DNA of 61,222 nt, counting the filler, from Sluysia triapertura (taxonomy: Eukaryota): the NCBI GenBank assembly GCA_046118255.1. It is 5 parts of 5 records of this genome, joined end to end, with 100 filler letters (N's around TTAATTAATTAA, not from the genome) between each part and the next. Parts side by side here need not be neighbours in the genome. Positions count along the whole stretch, not along the records: positions 23,588 to 36,632 come from JBJNIA010063417.1; positions 36,733 to 48,372 come from JBJNIA010182557.1; 3 more parts are not named here. One strand, given 5' to 3'. Shown piece after piece: positions 25,229 through 38,090 of the stretch. The first letter of the stretch is position 1. Each line of letters starts with the position of its first letter. Both the position numbers and the translations under genes were made by a program. The notes under the pieces were generated by a model. The model made no database searches. It had not been told where the DNA came from and was given only the letters and a program-made list of their open reading frames with translations.

Positions 25229-28200
25229 AATTATAATATTATTAATTTTCTGGGTTCGCCAGTGATATACGATTGATATCTCAAGGAAGACTTATTCACA
25301 GGATGTCAAATGTCAAAAAACTTCGTTAAAAGAATCCTTAATAACTTTGGTATACTTAATCTGAGGATCAGTTTATTATGTTGTTTTATCTATTTAAATT
25401 AGCCTGAAAATCAATTCAAATATATATCGTCAACAATATTGAAAACTTAATTTCTCGTTTATTATTGTATCTCAATTACAACTAAACAAAAAGTTAATAC
25501 GCAATATATATTAACACATGTATATAAAACGATATTTACTATACAATGGTGAATACATTGAATTTTTTATTAAATAATCAAAGTTTAGATGGATTTTGAT
25601 CCAGGCGAATGCTTGAATTTTTCAATAACAAAATAATTTAAGTATATTTTAAAGCAATTTATTTATGCTAATCACTTAATAAAATTAGCTCACTTATTCA
25701 TGGAACGTCTGATAATTGAATAAAAGTAATTGACGATCGATTCCACTGAAATTCCTATATATTAATTTACACGAGTTATTCTACGGTAGATTTACTTCTT
25801 CAAAATGAAATAAACAATTAAATAATTTAAAACTTTTTTTGTTGTGAGCTCGGCTTCAGTGTTTTTGATTTTTATATGTTTTCTGCTTCTTTTTAATTTT
25901 ACCGTTCTTTTTAAGTTTTACAAAAGTTATCTGATAAAAATATTTTTTCTTTAGATTATACCTTTACGAAAATTATAAAATTATTTGAAAAAGTATTTTT
26001 TCTTTAAATTATGCCGAAAATAATAATAAGATATCTTTTCTATAATTGATAATATATTCTAAAGATTTCTAATTAATTAATTTCTTAATTAGACAAATTA
26101 ATTACTATTAATTACAATAAATTATTTACAAAATGAAAAATTGAAATATCAAAGTTATATTTATTAAAATAAAATGAAAATTATTAAATTATTTTCATCT
26201 TAAATGAAATCAAAATTTATTTACACAAGGGTCTATCGAATATCATGACATTCCTTACTTCTTAAAATGACAATAGATGTTTTCTTCATCATTACTACTC
26301 CAAATATGTTTTATTATGTTTTTATGCTGTATCATTTTTTCATGCATTTTTCAATTTCACCATTTCTTTACTCTTTTCTTATTCCATACTTTGATAATCA
26401 CATCGAATGTATGATCTGTTTTACTTTTTGGTAAATTTATAATTCAATTATTTAATTTATTTACATCATAAAACAATACGAAGCTATTATGTGGTAATGG
26501 TTGCTTTTAAACACAAATATACAAATTATTAATACCTAAGTATAAAGAACTATTGTTTGACAACGTCATTTCATCTCCTGCACCAGTTGATAAAAATTAA
26601 ACATATCAAGATTAAAGCAGTAACTCATCATCTTTTGATTTAACTTTTGGCACTCCAATAAACCAGGTAATGAATAAAAGTATATTGGATGTAATTCATC
26701 GTATTTATAGCTGTTTCTTAAATTGCTTAATTTTAAGTAGGTCATTTTACACTCATAAAATTGTTACAGATTAAATCTTGTCACACTTTAAAGTCTAATT
26801 ATAATCATCATTAACTAAATCACCGTTCCATTTTGGTCTTATTGTATTAATATTTTGTAAATCACAGAATAAGATAGCTCGTAATATGGGATTAAATATA
26901 ATAATTTACGTCTATGGTCCGCAAAAATCTGTGACAATTTAGGACTCTACAATCACAATTAAAAGAAATTTTCTTTTGACATTCGAGCAAATTAATCAAA
27001 CCTTAACACTTTAATCCTCCAAAATCAAGACAGATTAATCTAGGAACGCTTTTGTAGAAAAGAGAAAGAACTTACCTAAGTTACTTTTTTAAGAAATCTT
27101 TTACAAAAATCCAACGGCTGGCCCTAGCTGGTAAGCCCAGTACGTTGGTGAACTCACGCTTTTAATCTTTATATTTCTCACCATAAAGTTAAATATAAAT
27201 TTGTTTTAAATTAAATTTCGAAAATTCTCAAATTAATGATATAAATTTGAATGACGTTAAAATCAAAGAAATAAGTGCTCTTGATTTAACCTTTAATGAA
27301 GTTAAAGTTTTATATCTTTTAAAATTAGGTAATGTCAAAGCCAGGGATATGTGTTTTAAAATTTAATTATTTAATGATAATGATATATGCTCTTTAGATA
27401 CAGTTGACAATCTACGTAAAACAGATACATCTTTGAAAGCTAAAAGTCTGTATTTTGCTCGATATCGTAGGACTTAGAACTATTTCTATTTGTTTATGAC
27501 CTTTAGTTAAATTTAAAGTTGTGCACTTTTATTTTATATTTTGTGCACGAAAATTTACGGCCTTAGAGTCTTCGCTAATATGGATTTTAATAACCTTACG
27601 TCGACATTTTCATTTCACCACATCATTAACAATAATTTTAATAACTCACTGTTGAGTTTGTAAATTTTGAGTTAATACATTTTATTAATTTTATTATGAA
27701 TTTTAAAATCCGCGTTAATTATTATAATTGTAAATAAATAAAATTTAATAAATTATTTGTAAAAAATTTTTATTAATTTTTAAAATTTTAATTTATAAAA
27801 ATAAAAATAAAATAATTTAATGGATATTTTTAAAATGAAATATTGCACGTTTTTTATATGAATTAATTTTGTTTAATATTGTAAATAATCAATATGGCTA
27901 CCCAAATTTCACTATATAAATGGTGAAATTTGGATGCCATTTGACAATTTATAATTTAATCTTCATACAGTTTCTTGATTTAATATTCTTCGACAATCTG
28001 CGATTCCACATATTTTTTAGTAAGATTATTTCTTAAGTTTTATATGGTCTCATTTGAACAAGAGAACGTCAATCCTACTCAAAATCCCAATTGTTAAATC
28101 CTTTACCTTAATGACTAGGTTAATTTGAAAATCTAAAATCACAAAATATTAAGAAATTCTATTTTTTAAGTATTACTTAAATTTAATATTGTTACATTAT

Positions 28201-28274
28201 TTTTATTTATTATCCATTCGTTTATAATAAATTTTTGTTATCAATATAAATTTCATATGAATTCACATTTCATG

Positions 28275-29016
28275 TCAAATCAATTAGTATAGATCGAAAT
28301 TTGAAATAAGCCTGTAGTTAAATATTATATTTAATCAATTATTAGAAACTTGGGATATATTAATAAGAATATGAATACTGTAAGTGGTACGATACTATCC
28401 TTTCTTTACCCTTACATTATTTTTAAATTATAAATTGCAACGAAGGTATTATTTAGTGTGACGTAAGAGCTAAACTTATTCTTACAAAATATCTGGTGGT
28501 TTTGTTCGCCTAATAAGACGTCTTATTAGGATTTTTTAAATACATTCTTAGCGTATAGCCTAAATTGTCACGTAGTCATATAGTTTATGTAATTTTAAGG
28601 AAAATTTTACTGTCCGTTGTTAGACCATAAGGGCTAGCTTAATTTCTTTGTTACAAACTAGACTATACTATGCAGTAAAGTGATCACATAATAAATATCT
28701 AAATACATAAACTACACGACTACGTACTATTTAGGCTATGCACAAAGAGGTCTTCCTAGTAGATATAAATCGTACTTATTAGGCGAACAAAACCACCAGA
28801 TATTTTGCAAGAATAAGTTTAGCTCTTACGTCACATTAAATAATACCTTCGTTGAAATTTATAATTTAAAAATAATGTAAAGGTAAAGAAAAAATAGTAT
28901 CATACCACTTACAGTATTCATATTCTTATTAATATATTCCAGTTTCTAATATTTGATTAAATATATTATTTAACTGTAGGCTTATTTCACATTTCGATCT
29001 AGACCAATTGATTTGA
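28275..29016. mobile_element. Foldback/MITE-like element with ~245-bp inverted arms
   Basis: 28275-28520 is the reverse complement of 28771-29016 with scattered substitutions. Inner arms lie at ~28550-28590 and ~28704-28742. Confidence 0.9.
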
Positions 29017-31501
29017 AATTTCATTTAGCATACTTCCTTTATTTGTTTCAATACTTCGAAATATAACCAAAATTGATGTGATTCGAGTGCATATATTGAT
29101 TCTTGTATGATCTCTTATGCACCGTATTCAAAACTATTTTGTTTTATAAAAATAAATATATTAAGCACATTGAAATATTTAACTATTTATAATATTGACG
29201 AAATAGGTGTCCTGATTGACGTCAATTTTACATCTGCAAAAGATGTTACCAAATCAGGTACTTTTGTATGTCATTGCTATTTAATATGCTGTTTTTTTAT
29301 TAATGTTGTAATATATCAAGATTACTCAAATCAAAACGATCAAGTATCTAAGACAGATTACATTATTCATCCAATATGTAAATAGCAAACATTTTTGTAT
29401 ATCTTGATTTGTACACTTTAATTTTCAAGGATTCTAATTTCAGAAAAATAATATTAAAAATTAAAAGGTTTTGATGAATTTTAACTAATTTTAATTAAAC
29501 ATGAATTATGAATTAAAATAATATCATTTAGCATAAAAAAAGTTAAGTTGCATGTCAAAGTATATTTTTATGTATCAATGAAGAAAAAGCAGAATTTATG
29601 ATTTTCATTAATAAAATGATTATAAAGCTAAATAAATGAATCACAATTAATTGTGAAATAACAAAAACCGAGATATGAGACTAAAGTATGAAAGATAAAA
29701 TGCAATGTATCAATTGAAACAAAGATCAAATAATAGAAAATTTATTAAACAATATAAGCTAAACTGTTTAATAATTAAAAGTATATATATTTATTTTATT
29801 ATGCAGTATTAAGTAATTAATTCGAAAAAGCTTAAGTAATGTTTAATGATTTTTTCCTAGAATTTAATTAAATATTTGAAAAAATATTATGATAATCATA
29901 ATAAATTTGGACAATCATCAAAACTATGTAAAGTTGTAAATTAACATTTTTATTTATGGAAAAGTTGTACTTAAAATTTATTTATATTTTATTATTTATT
30001 TTATATTTTTATGTATTTAGTACAAATTGTAAATACTATAAACATTATTAAAATTATAAATATTACAAAAAATTATAACTGCATTATTGACTTACTTTCA
30101 CTAATAATGATGTCAAATTTATTTAACTTTCTTTATTTAATTAAATAATTACACGGATATTCAAAAAAACAGTAATAATTAAACCCTTAATAATGTTATT
30201 AAATCCTTTAATAATCTTAAGAGTAGTTTATTATGAGGAAATATAAAGTCATCATAAAAAGTCATCCAAGTCAGTCCATATAAAATGATCAATCATCTTT
30301 TTCACATCTCTAAACAATTAAATTATTATATTTTTCGCATATTCTAAATTAAAATTTCCACGTACTTGTTAATAAGTATTGCAGCATAAACACAGTAGGA
30401 AAGTTTGGAAACAACTAACCTACATTATGTAAATCAATAAAATAAACCGAGTAATAAATTCATTTATTCAAAATTTTTTGTTTTAAATTTTATTGTTAAA
30501 ATTGTTTCAGAGATTAATTATATTAAGTAAAATAATTTTACTTAAGTAGAAAACTTTGCTTTTTTGTAATATAACATAGAAGAATACACGTAAAATTGTC
30601 AAAAAAACAATTACAGCATGTAAGATATAAATGCACCATATGTAAATACTTACTGGATCATCACATAAAAACTCCAAACGTAATAAAATAATGAGAATTA
30701 AATCGTTTTCTCTATGTATTTATATATAACATAAATTATTTTAAAATTTAAAAGTATTTTATAAAGTATTTTAAAAGTATTTTTTTATTAAGTTAAAACT
30801 TTCCCTTGTCCATTTTTTAAAAAATATAATGACACAATGATTTTGTGCATAAAAACTATATATTACAAAAATCATTAAAAATAATATAAACTATGAAAAA
30901 TTAATGATTCATATATGACTAATATCAATTTTTATGAAATGTTTGCTTAATTATTTTATTTGAAATTGTGCCTGATTTTATTTCGAAAAATCATGTTCGA
31001 AGAATTTGATACTGTTTTTCGAGACATTGAGCATGTAAGTATAGCAATAAAAGTACGTCTAAATAAAGGATTACAAAATGCATACAAGACTGGATTTACT
31101 GTTGAATTTAAGTAACAAAGCCAATAACCTGAATAAAATTATAGCTGAGTTAATTAAATAATATTTATTATTATTAATAACAATAACAATATATTAAATT
31201 ATAGAGCTCTAAGAAAACAATATTTAAAAATACTTGAAGCATATACATTGGTCATGCTATTTTTGAAATTGAAAGAAACGTTTTCTTTTTATTTACTTTA
31301 TTTATTATTAATTTCTTTAATATTTACTAATCATTTGACACTTCATGGGAACTCTTTACAGATTATTAACGAAGTACCGTTTTTTGTCGCATAAAAACAA
31401 TATTGTAAATAAATTTTGAAAATATTTTATTTTAACAAAAAATAAGCACATTTTATAAATCTATGTTAGATGATGAAAATGTTTTCTTTCTGCTTACCAC
31501 A

Positions 31502-32760
31502 CTAAACTTTGGCATACTTTTGACAAATCGTATGGTTATACTGTAAACTCTTCAATGATTGTGGCTGGTAATTCCTGAAATTTTCAATATTCTTTTGACC
31601 TTCAGGAATCCCAAAAGAAAATAACCCTAAACAATGAGATCCAGAGTTCTTGAAACCATTTGTATAATTATTATCGACGTCCAATCCAGCGATCAGTTAA
31701 ACTATATCTACTATTAGTTATTTATCTGCAATGAAATCGTATGTAACTAAACTTCAGTGCAAAATTTCAATTGGTTGTCTTTTATATTTTTGATTAGTTA
31801 CGGTTTTTGTAAGATCATTGCACATGACTTATTTCTTATGTTATTATTACTGTGTATTTATGTAAATTGTCATACCTTAAGAATACATTCACCCTCGTTT
31901 CCGCATATTATTATGGTCCGTAAATCATCATCATTACCATTTCGAATTATATTTTTGGTTTTATTTATGTTAATGTAATTCTTTAACATAAGATATTATA
32001 TGAAAAATCATCTTTATTTAAAATATATTTTTGCAAATTCATTGCAACTTTCTCATATTTTTATATGAAATTAAATATAACCTTTACTATAATCTACATT
32101 ATTAAGTTTCATCTTCATAACTTTTCTTATAATAAAAATAACAGTATGAATTCATTATTTGTAATATAAATTAGCACAAAAATATTAATAAATAATTTTG
32201 TCTGATTTTATAATTCTAGAAATAGTTTCAATGAAAAAAGAATTGCATTAATTATTTGTAATTATGGATCTCGACTAATTCAGAATTTTGATAATTTTTA
32301 TGACATTTCCAAATATATGCCATTTATATTTTAACCCTTTCACTACCAAACCTTTTTTGGTCCCATTTTATAATATTAACTTAATTGGCTAATAACTTAT
32401 GGCCATGGCATAATTGAAAAAATGTAACTGACCAGCTGATTTCACGTCATTCAATAAACATTACACAACCATTGGGACGATCTGATAGGCTGTTTAAAGC
32501 TACTTGGACCCATCGTCCCATTGGTAGTCAAAGGGTTAATCGGTCATTTGAATTTTTTTCTTCAGAAAACTCCACAACTTTAATTTCCTCTTGTTTATAA
32601 TGTTCTTTAGCATTTTTTTATACGAATTTGTTTCATCATCATTAGGATTTGTAGGATTGCACATACTATTTAACACATCAGTATAATGAGCAGAGGGCAT
32701 CTTTCAAAAGTTAATATAACGGATGAATGTATAGCAATAAAAAACAGAATGATATAATTT
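31502..32760 (-). pseudogene. Decayed orphan ORF interrupted by a piggyBac MITE
   Basis: Coding-like minus-strand stretches (MPSAHYTDVLNSMCNPTNPNDDETNSYKKMLK...; ORF 31502-31684) on both sides of the MITE. Confidence 0.4.
32335..32535. mobile_element. piggyBac-type MITE
   Basis: TTAA|CCCTTTCACTACCAA ... TTGGTAGTCAAAGGG|TTAA: 15-bp TIR with one mismatch and TTAA on both sides. Confidence 0.92.
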
Positions 32761-32874
32761 TTATAAGTGTAAAAACATAAAAGTTACCAAAATGTTACCA
32801 AAAATATGTTATTAACAAATATTATCAAAAAATGTTATTATAAATCTAAAATCACCAAATTGAGTTTTTTTTAA

Positions 32875-33188
32875 TGTGAAACTAAAATTGACAATAAAAA
32901 AGAGTGAATTACGACAGAACCATTTAATGTTTGTTTTTGCCAAATTAATTATTAAATGTTAAACTGTTCTAATTGGATGTCTAACCAGGGTGATAAAAAT
33001 AATTAGACAGCCAATAATATACTGAAATTTGTATCATTTGAGAAGCCGACCACTCTCAATGATGACAACAAATTACAAATGCGAAATAACAGTGTCACCA
33101 TTGATAGTGGTAGTTACCATTGAATGCTAATTTTGACACAAAACAAAAATGATAATAAAATGAATAAGATAATAGTACAAATAAAATG

Positions 33189-33253
<65 letters not shown>

Positions 33254-33854
33254 AATGCTATTATTATTATTGTTATAAATCGCATAAACCTTTAAAATTT
33301 ACAAGATCTTTCTGAATTTCTCTTATTATCTTGACATATTATTTAAAGGCTCAGTGTTGATATTGTGAACTTCTGCTATTTTAAATTCATATTAGTCATT
33401 TTCGATGAAATTTAAAGATACGATTGTGCTAATAATGTTGTAGAATAATACGTAATTGTTTTAAATGAATTTTTAGATGCGATTTAATGGTTTTAACTGA
33501 AGATGCGTTTGAATATTGAAAACGTATGACTTAAGTGTTTTGAGATAATACATAAATGTTTTATGTGAATTTTTAAATACACATTGATGTTTTAAATGAG
33601 AGTAATGCTTGGATGTTAGGAGACTGTGATTTGAAATGTTTTGAAAAGATAGTGGTTTAGTGGATGCAAAGAAGATTTTGGTACATTGTAAAAAGGTAAT
33701 TGTGCATTGTTAAAAAATATGATTTTGATTATGTTGGTATTGAACTATGTATTGAACTGTGTAGATTGTGGATTTTGAAAGTGAATATGGTTTTGTTGTG
33801 TTCCAACGAAAAATTTTAATAAGATTTGTTAAAAGTTATAGGTTGGTCACTACA
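32875..33854 (+). repeat. ~1-kb LTR-like cassette, copy A
   Basis: ATTGG/CCAAT boxes, CACCATTGATAGT, (AAT)n, TCGCATAAA..TTTACAAGATCTTTC, TG-rich tract, end GTTGGTCACTACA. Left boundary uncertain. Confidence 0.6.
33188..33249 (+). repeat. (AAT)n microsatellite
   Basis: About 20 perfect units. Confidence 0.95.
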
Positions 33855-36363
33855 CTGGTCAAAGAAAATGAAAAAGTGGTGACAAAATTATTTCTAATTA
33901 TAATAATTTTCATCCTCCTTATTCAAATGGACCAACTATAATTATAAATCCACTAATATTGACGAAGTCATCGCTCTGTATGTTCCATATACGAAACATC
34001 GATGTTCTTTTGGGTTTTTTAGCTTATTAATTGGGTATTCCATTTGCAATGATGAATCAATAATAATAATAAATTTTATTCATAAACATGGCCGTAGACC
34101 TTACTACTCAAAAGTATAAAAAATCACTAAAATTAATTTGGTTTATATTTTGGTTTGTTAATGCATATATAGATCCGTGATAATGCAATTATAAAATTGA
34201 GATTTTACAAATGATAATATTGTTCAAAATTATGCTCAAATTACATTGGTTGTAAATTAGTAAGCCATTTATTAGAAGGTCAGAAATAATTATAAGAATG
34301 TCTAGATAAAAATTGGAATCTTCTATAAAAAACAATGAAATCTGCAGAACAATCCAACATTAATAAATCATAAATAAATAAATAAATAAAGCTTGTGAAT
34401 TTAAAAACGATATAAGTCTTGTTCAAGATGAAAATTTATCAATGAAAAGTAAATTAGAACAATCAAAAGTATCGAATGCAGAATTGCGTGAAGAAAATTA
34501 CAAAAGTAAATATGATATATTAAAAAAACGTTTAATGAAACAAAAAGATTTAGAAAAAAGACAATATTTATATAAATTTCGTCGAGATAAAAGACATCAC
34601 AGGTAATCTAATTTCTAAAATTATTTGTTCAACTAATGGTGTAAATTATATTACTCACTCTGAAACTGTGTCCGAGTCAAGTCAATTTTTTGAAGAATGG
34701 AAAGTTTAAAATTCCGTCATTAATTTATTGATTTTACCTAATGTTATAAATTAAGATACTATTTTTCAAAAGCAAGTCCACAATGTTTCAGTTCCATTAT
34801 TCCGTTTTCTGTTATGTTACTAAACTCAGTTTAACGATATTGAAATTGTAAATGAATCGAACATACTTAAATAAAGAACATTTAATATAGTAGAAATGAA
34901 CGAAAATATAAGTTTGAACACTTTAGTGGACAGTTATAATGCGAAAGAAGAAATTAAAATAATAAATATTATGTTTCTAAATGGTGTTCCATTAGAACTT
35001 CTATTAAGTTGTACACTGAAAATAAAAAGAGATAAAAGAGATAAACAAAGAAAATGGCATTTGTAAATTGGCTATAAATTTAGAACTAAGAATACAAATA
35101 TCCACAATTATTTTATGAATCACGAATTTATCAAATATAGCAAGATGGAATTGAAATAACTATATATCAATGTTTTGTTTCTTATGAATTTTTAGAACCT
35201 AATTTAGAAGATATATCTTAATCATTGCAGGACAACTCATCAATGGATTGTAATACTTATAATAGAAAAGCTTTATCAATTGTATGGTAATTAACGGTAA
35301 TTTAATTTGATGTTTAAATTTCATAATAAAGAAGTTTATACGTATTCTGTTAGGATAGATAATCTCCAAATTTCGAATAATGCGAATAAAAAAAATTAAA
35401 GATGTTTTTTAGTACAGACCTTAGGTATTTTGATAAAATTACCATTCTAAAATTAATTATTTTAGAAAATTTTAACAAAATTGTTCTGGCAAATTGTGAT
35501 AAAGTTGACAAAATTTTAAACTTGTGATTGTTTATTATGTCATTCTAAGTCTTGATTATGGCTTATATAAAACTGAAAATGAAATCTTCATTCTTCATTT
35601 GAACGTCTGAGACCGCATTACTTGTACATTCCAATTACATTGGCATCACATAAATGCAAACCGAAGAACAACAAATTCTTAACCTCAAAAAAGTGAACAT
35701 TTACCTCTCATATGACACACAATAAACACACTACCTCATCATTTGTGGAAATAAATGTTTCTTCGTAATAAAAATAAATGTTGCAAATATATTTTATATT
35801 TAGAAATCAATGAAGGAAAAAGAATTAAGAAACATCAAATTTTAAGTTTTATTTATTTTCGTCAACTATTTATGAAAAAAGATGATGTTGTTAAAATATT
35901 TTTAAAGTTTTTAAATATCTCCAGAAGTTTAATAAAATAAATTTAAGGTATAAAATTAAAAAGTAGATAAATTATTCTGTGGAAACTAAAGTGACTTTAA
36001 GATATAACACTTTATACGCAAAGATAATAAACTACCAGAAAAAGAAAACAGTGTTTAAAAAGAAAACATAGCTATTTAAATTTTAGAATATTATAATGAA
36101 TGACATACTTTAAGGACGTAAATATATTGTATAAAATAATATAATAATAATGATAATAAAAAATTATTTAAAGAATCGAAAATTATGTTTATTTTAACGA
36201 AATTTATTTCTATTTTATTCGCACTAGAATAATATTTATTATTTTAAAACATTACTTGTGCTAGATATTATTAAATGTAGTTTGTTTTACTATATCATTT
36301 ACTTAATGTACAGTTATATGTCAAGGAAATAATATTCAACACATTCAAAAACTTTATCTATGG

Positions 36364-36632
36364 CAGGGATGTCCAACCTTTTAATTTAATGGGCCGCATT
36401 GCAAACTTAAATATTTAGTTGGGCCGCAAAATTACCAGAATATGTTAAGCCTAGCTAGGGAATGGTCAAAAGATTTTGGAGATTTTTGGGGGTAGAGTAG
36501 GTTTTTGGTTTTTGAATGTTGCAGCCTTTTTTTCCATGTCCGCGAAGCTCACAGATCGCTTGCCGGAGTGTGAATTCTTTAAAAACGTCGATTTTTTTCG
36601 TACCATCCCCTTAAATTTAATGGAAAAATTAC
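36364..36632 (+). mobile_element. hAT-Charlie-like element end, truncated by the contig end
   Basis: CAGGGATGTCCAACCTT terminus with repeated subterminal TGGGCCGCA motifs. Confidence 0.7.
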
Positions 36633-36732
36633 NNNNNNNNNNNNNNNNNNNNNNNNNNNNNNNNNNNNNNNNNNNNTTAATTAATTAANNNNNNNNNNNN
36701 NNNNNNNNNNNNNNNNNNNNNNNNNNNNNNNN
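36633..36732. other. Artificial contig linker
   Basis: N44-TTAATTAATTAA-N44. Confidence 0.97.
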
Positions 36733-37547
36733 GCTTGATTAATTATTAATTGTAATTTTTTCACTTTTCTATCTGAAATTGAGTACAACAAACCATTGTT
36801 AAAATCTATATTGCTAGTAATTTTTATAAATACCGTAAATCTTAAAATATTAAATTATTACAAAGACCCTTGTAAAATTTAACTAGCTAACTGCAACATA
36901 GATTTATAATGAATACTTTGCCAACTACACATTTTATGTCGTGGATTGTATTCGAACCCATTAAGTTCACTCATTTTGGTCGAGTTCACATCTTAAGAAA
37001 ACACCATCAGTTGAATATAATGCAATGGCCAACACAATGTGAGCACATAAAATACAAAAAGGCCGACAAATTATTGCAAATTAAATAATATAAGTTTTTC
37101 TGCATTCTTTTAGAGCCCAGATCTTGCACCATCAAATTATTATTTATTCAAAGGGATGTCATATTTTCTTCTTGTGAAAATAAATAATTTAAAGTAATTC
37201 TTTAAGTTATTATTTAGCAATTCTATTAAAATTCAAAACATTCAGGAAATTTGTGTCATGAATTTTATTATACATAAACTTTAATTTTTTGTAAAAATAT
37301 TTCAAACTATAATTACTTATACATTTTATACATAGTGATTTATACATTTTAGTATTTGGCTCATGTGTTTAAAATATGTGAAGCAAATGTAGCCTTGAAA
37401 TATATAAATTTTTTTGTAATGCAACATTCACTATTCGAAATAAATTATATGATTTTAAAAATATATTTTGAAATAATTAAATATTTGTCTGTGTTGTATC
37501 TAGAATTTAATAGGAGCATTGCATTAATTTATTTTTCAAATTTGGTA

Positions 37548-37796
37548 ATGAATGAAATTTATTTTAGTGATGGTGCAGTTAATGCTAATGAAATTTTTGT
37601 TGATGACATTTGTCAAAAAAATGAATTAAATAATGGATTTATTAAATCAATTTTGTATTATATTGATTGTGTAGGAGAAAAAATAGCATGGTTTTTTGGG
37701 TTAACAAGCCCTAAATATCAATCCATTTATAATCACATTAAATATAAAGAAATGGAAGATGAAGAAAAAAGAGATTTAATAATTGAAATTAAATGA
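37548..37796 (+). CDS. FAM177A1: FAM177 family protein (minimal, ~82 aa)
   Basis: MNEIYFSDG...IDCVGEKIAWFFGLTSPKYQ...EMEDEEK matches the FAM177 signature (HFSDG...D..GEK.A...GI..PKYQ...acidic tail). ATG at 37548 is in frame with ORF 37356-37796. Confidence 0.85.
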   Translation: MNEIYFSDGAVNANEIFVDDICQKNELNNGFIKSILYYIDCVGEKIAWFFGLTSPKYQSIYNHIKYKEMEDEEKRDLIIEIK

Positions 37797-38090
37797 ATTT
37801 AATATTTTTGAGAATTAAGTGATTATTTATCAACAAGTGATTTTATGCTGATTTGAAACTTTTCTCTGAACATTATAGCTTTTACATGTGAATTTAATTA
37901 TAAGAAATATTACTTCTATATTTATATCAATAAATTTTAATCAAATTAAGCCTAGAGAAGTGAAAGAAGAAAAAAGAAAGTAAATGAATTTAGTATTTTT
38001 GAGAATTTTGTGCCGCTTTGAAACTTTTCTCTGAACGGCGTAGCTTTTGCCTATGAATTGAATTATAATAAATGTTACTTTTGTATATGC
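37745..38090 (+). repeat. Local duplication of the FAM177 3' end and 3' UTR
   Basis: GAAGAAAAAAGA..TAAATGAATTT..TATTTTTGAGAATT..TTTGAAACTTTTCTCTGAAC..TAGCTTTT at ~37760-37920 and ~37965-38085. Confidence 0.8.

Noticed and set aside
33848-33880. CACTA (EnSpm) transposon terminus
   Set aside because: In copy C the sequence beyond CACTACA is Tigger transposase, so the word ends the TG-rich unit rather than starting a new element. No matching TIR found.
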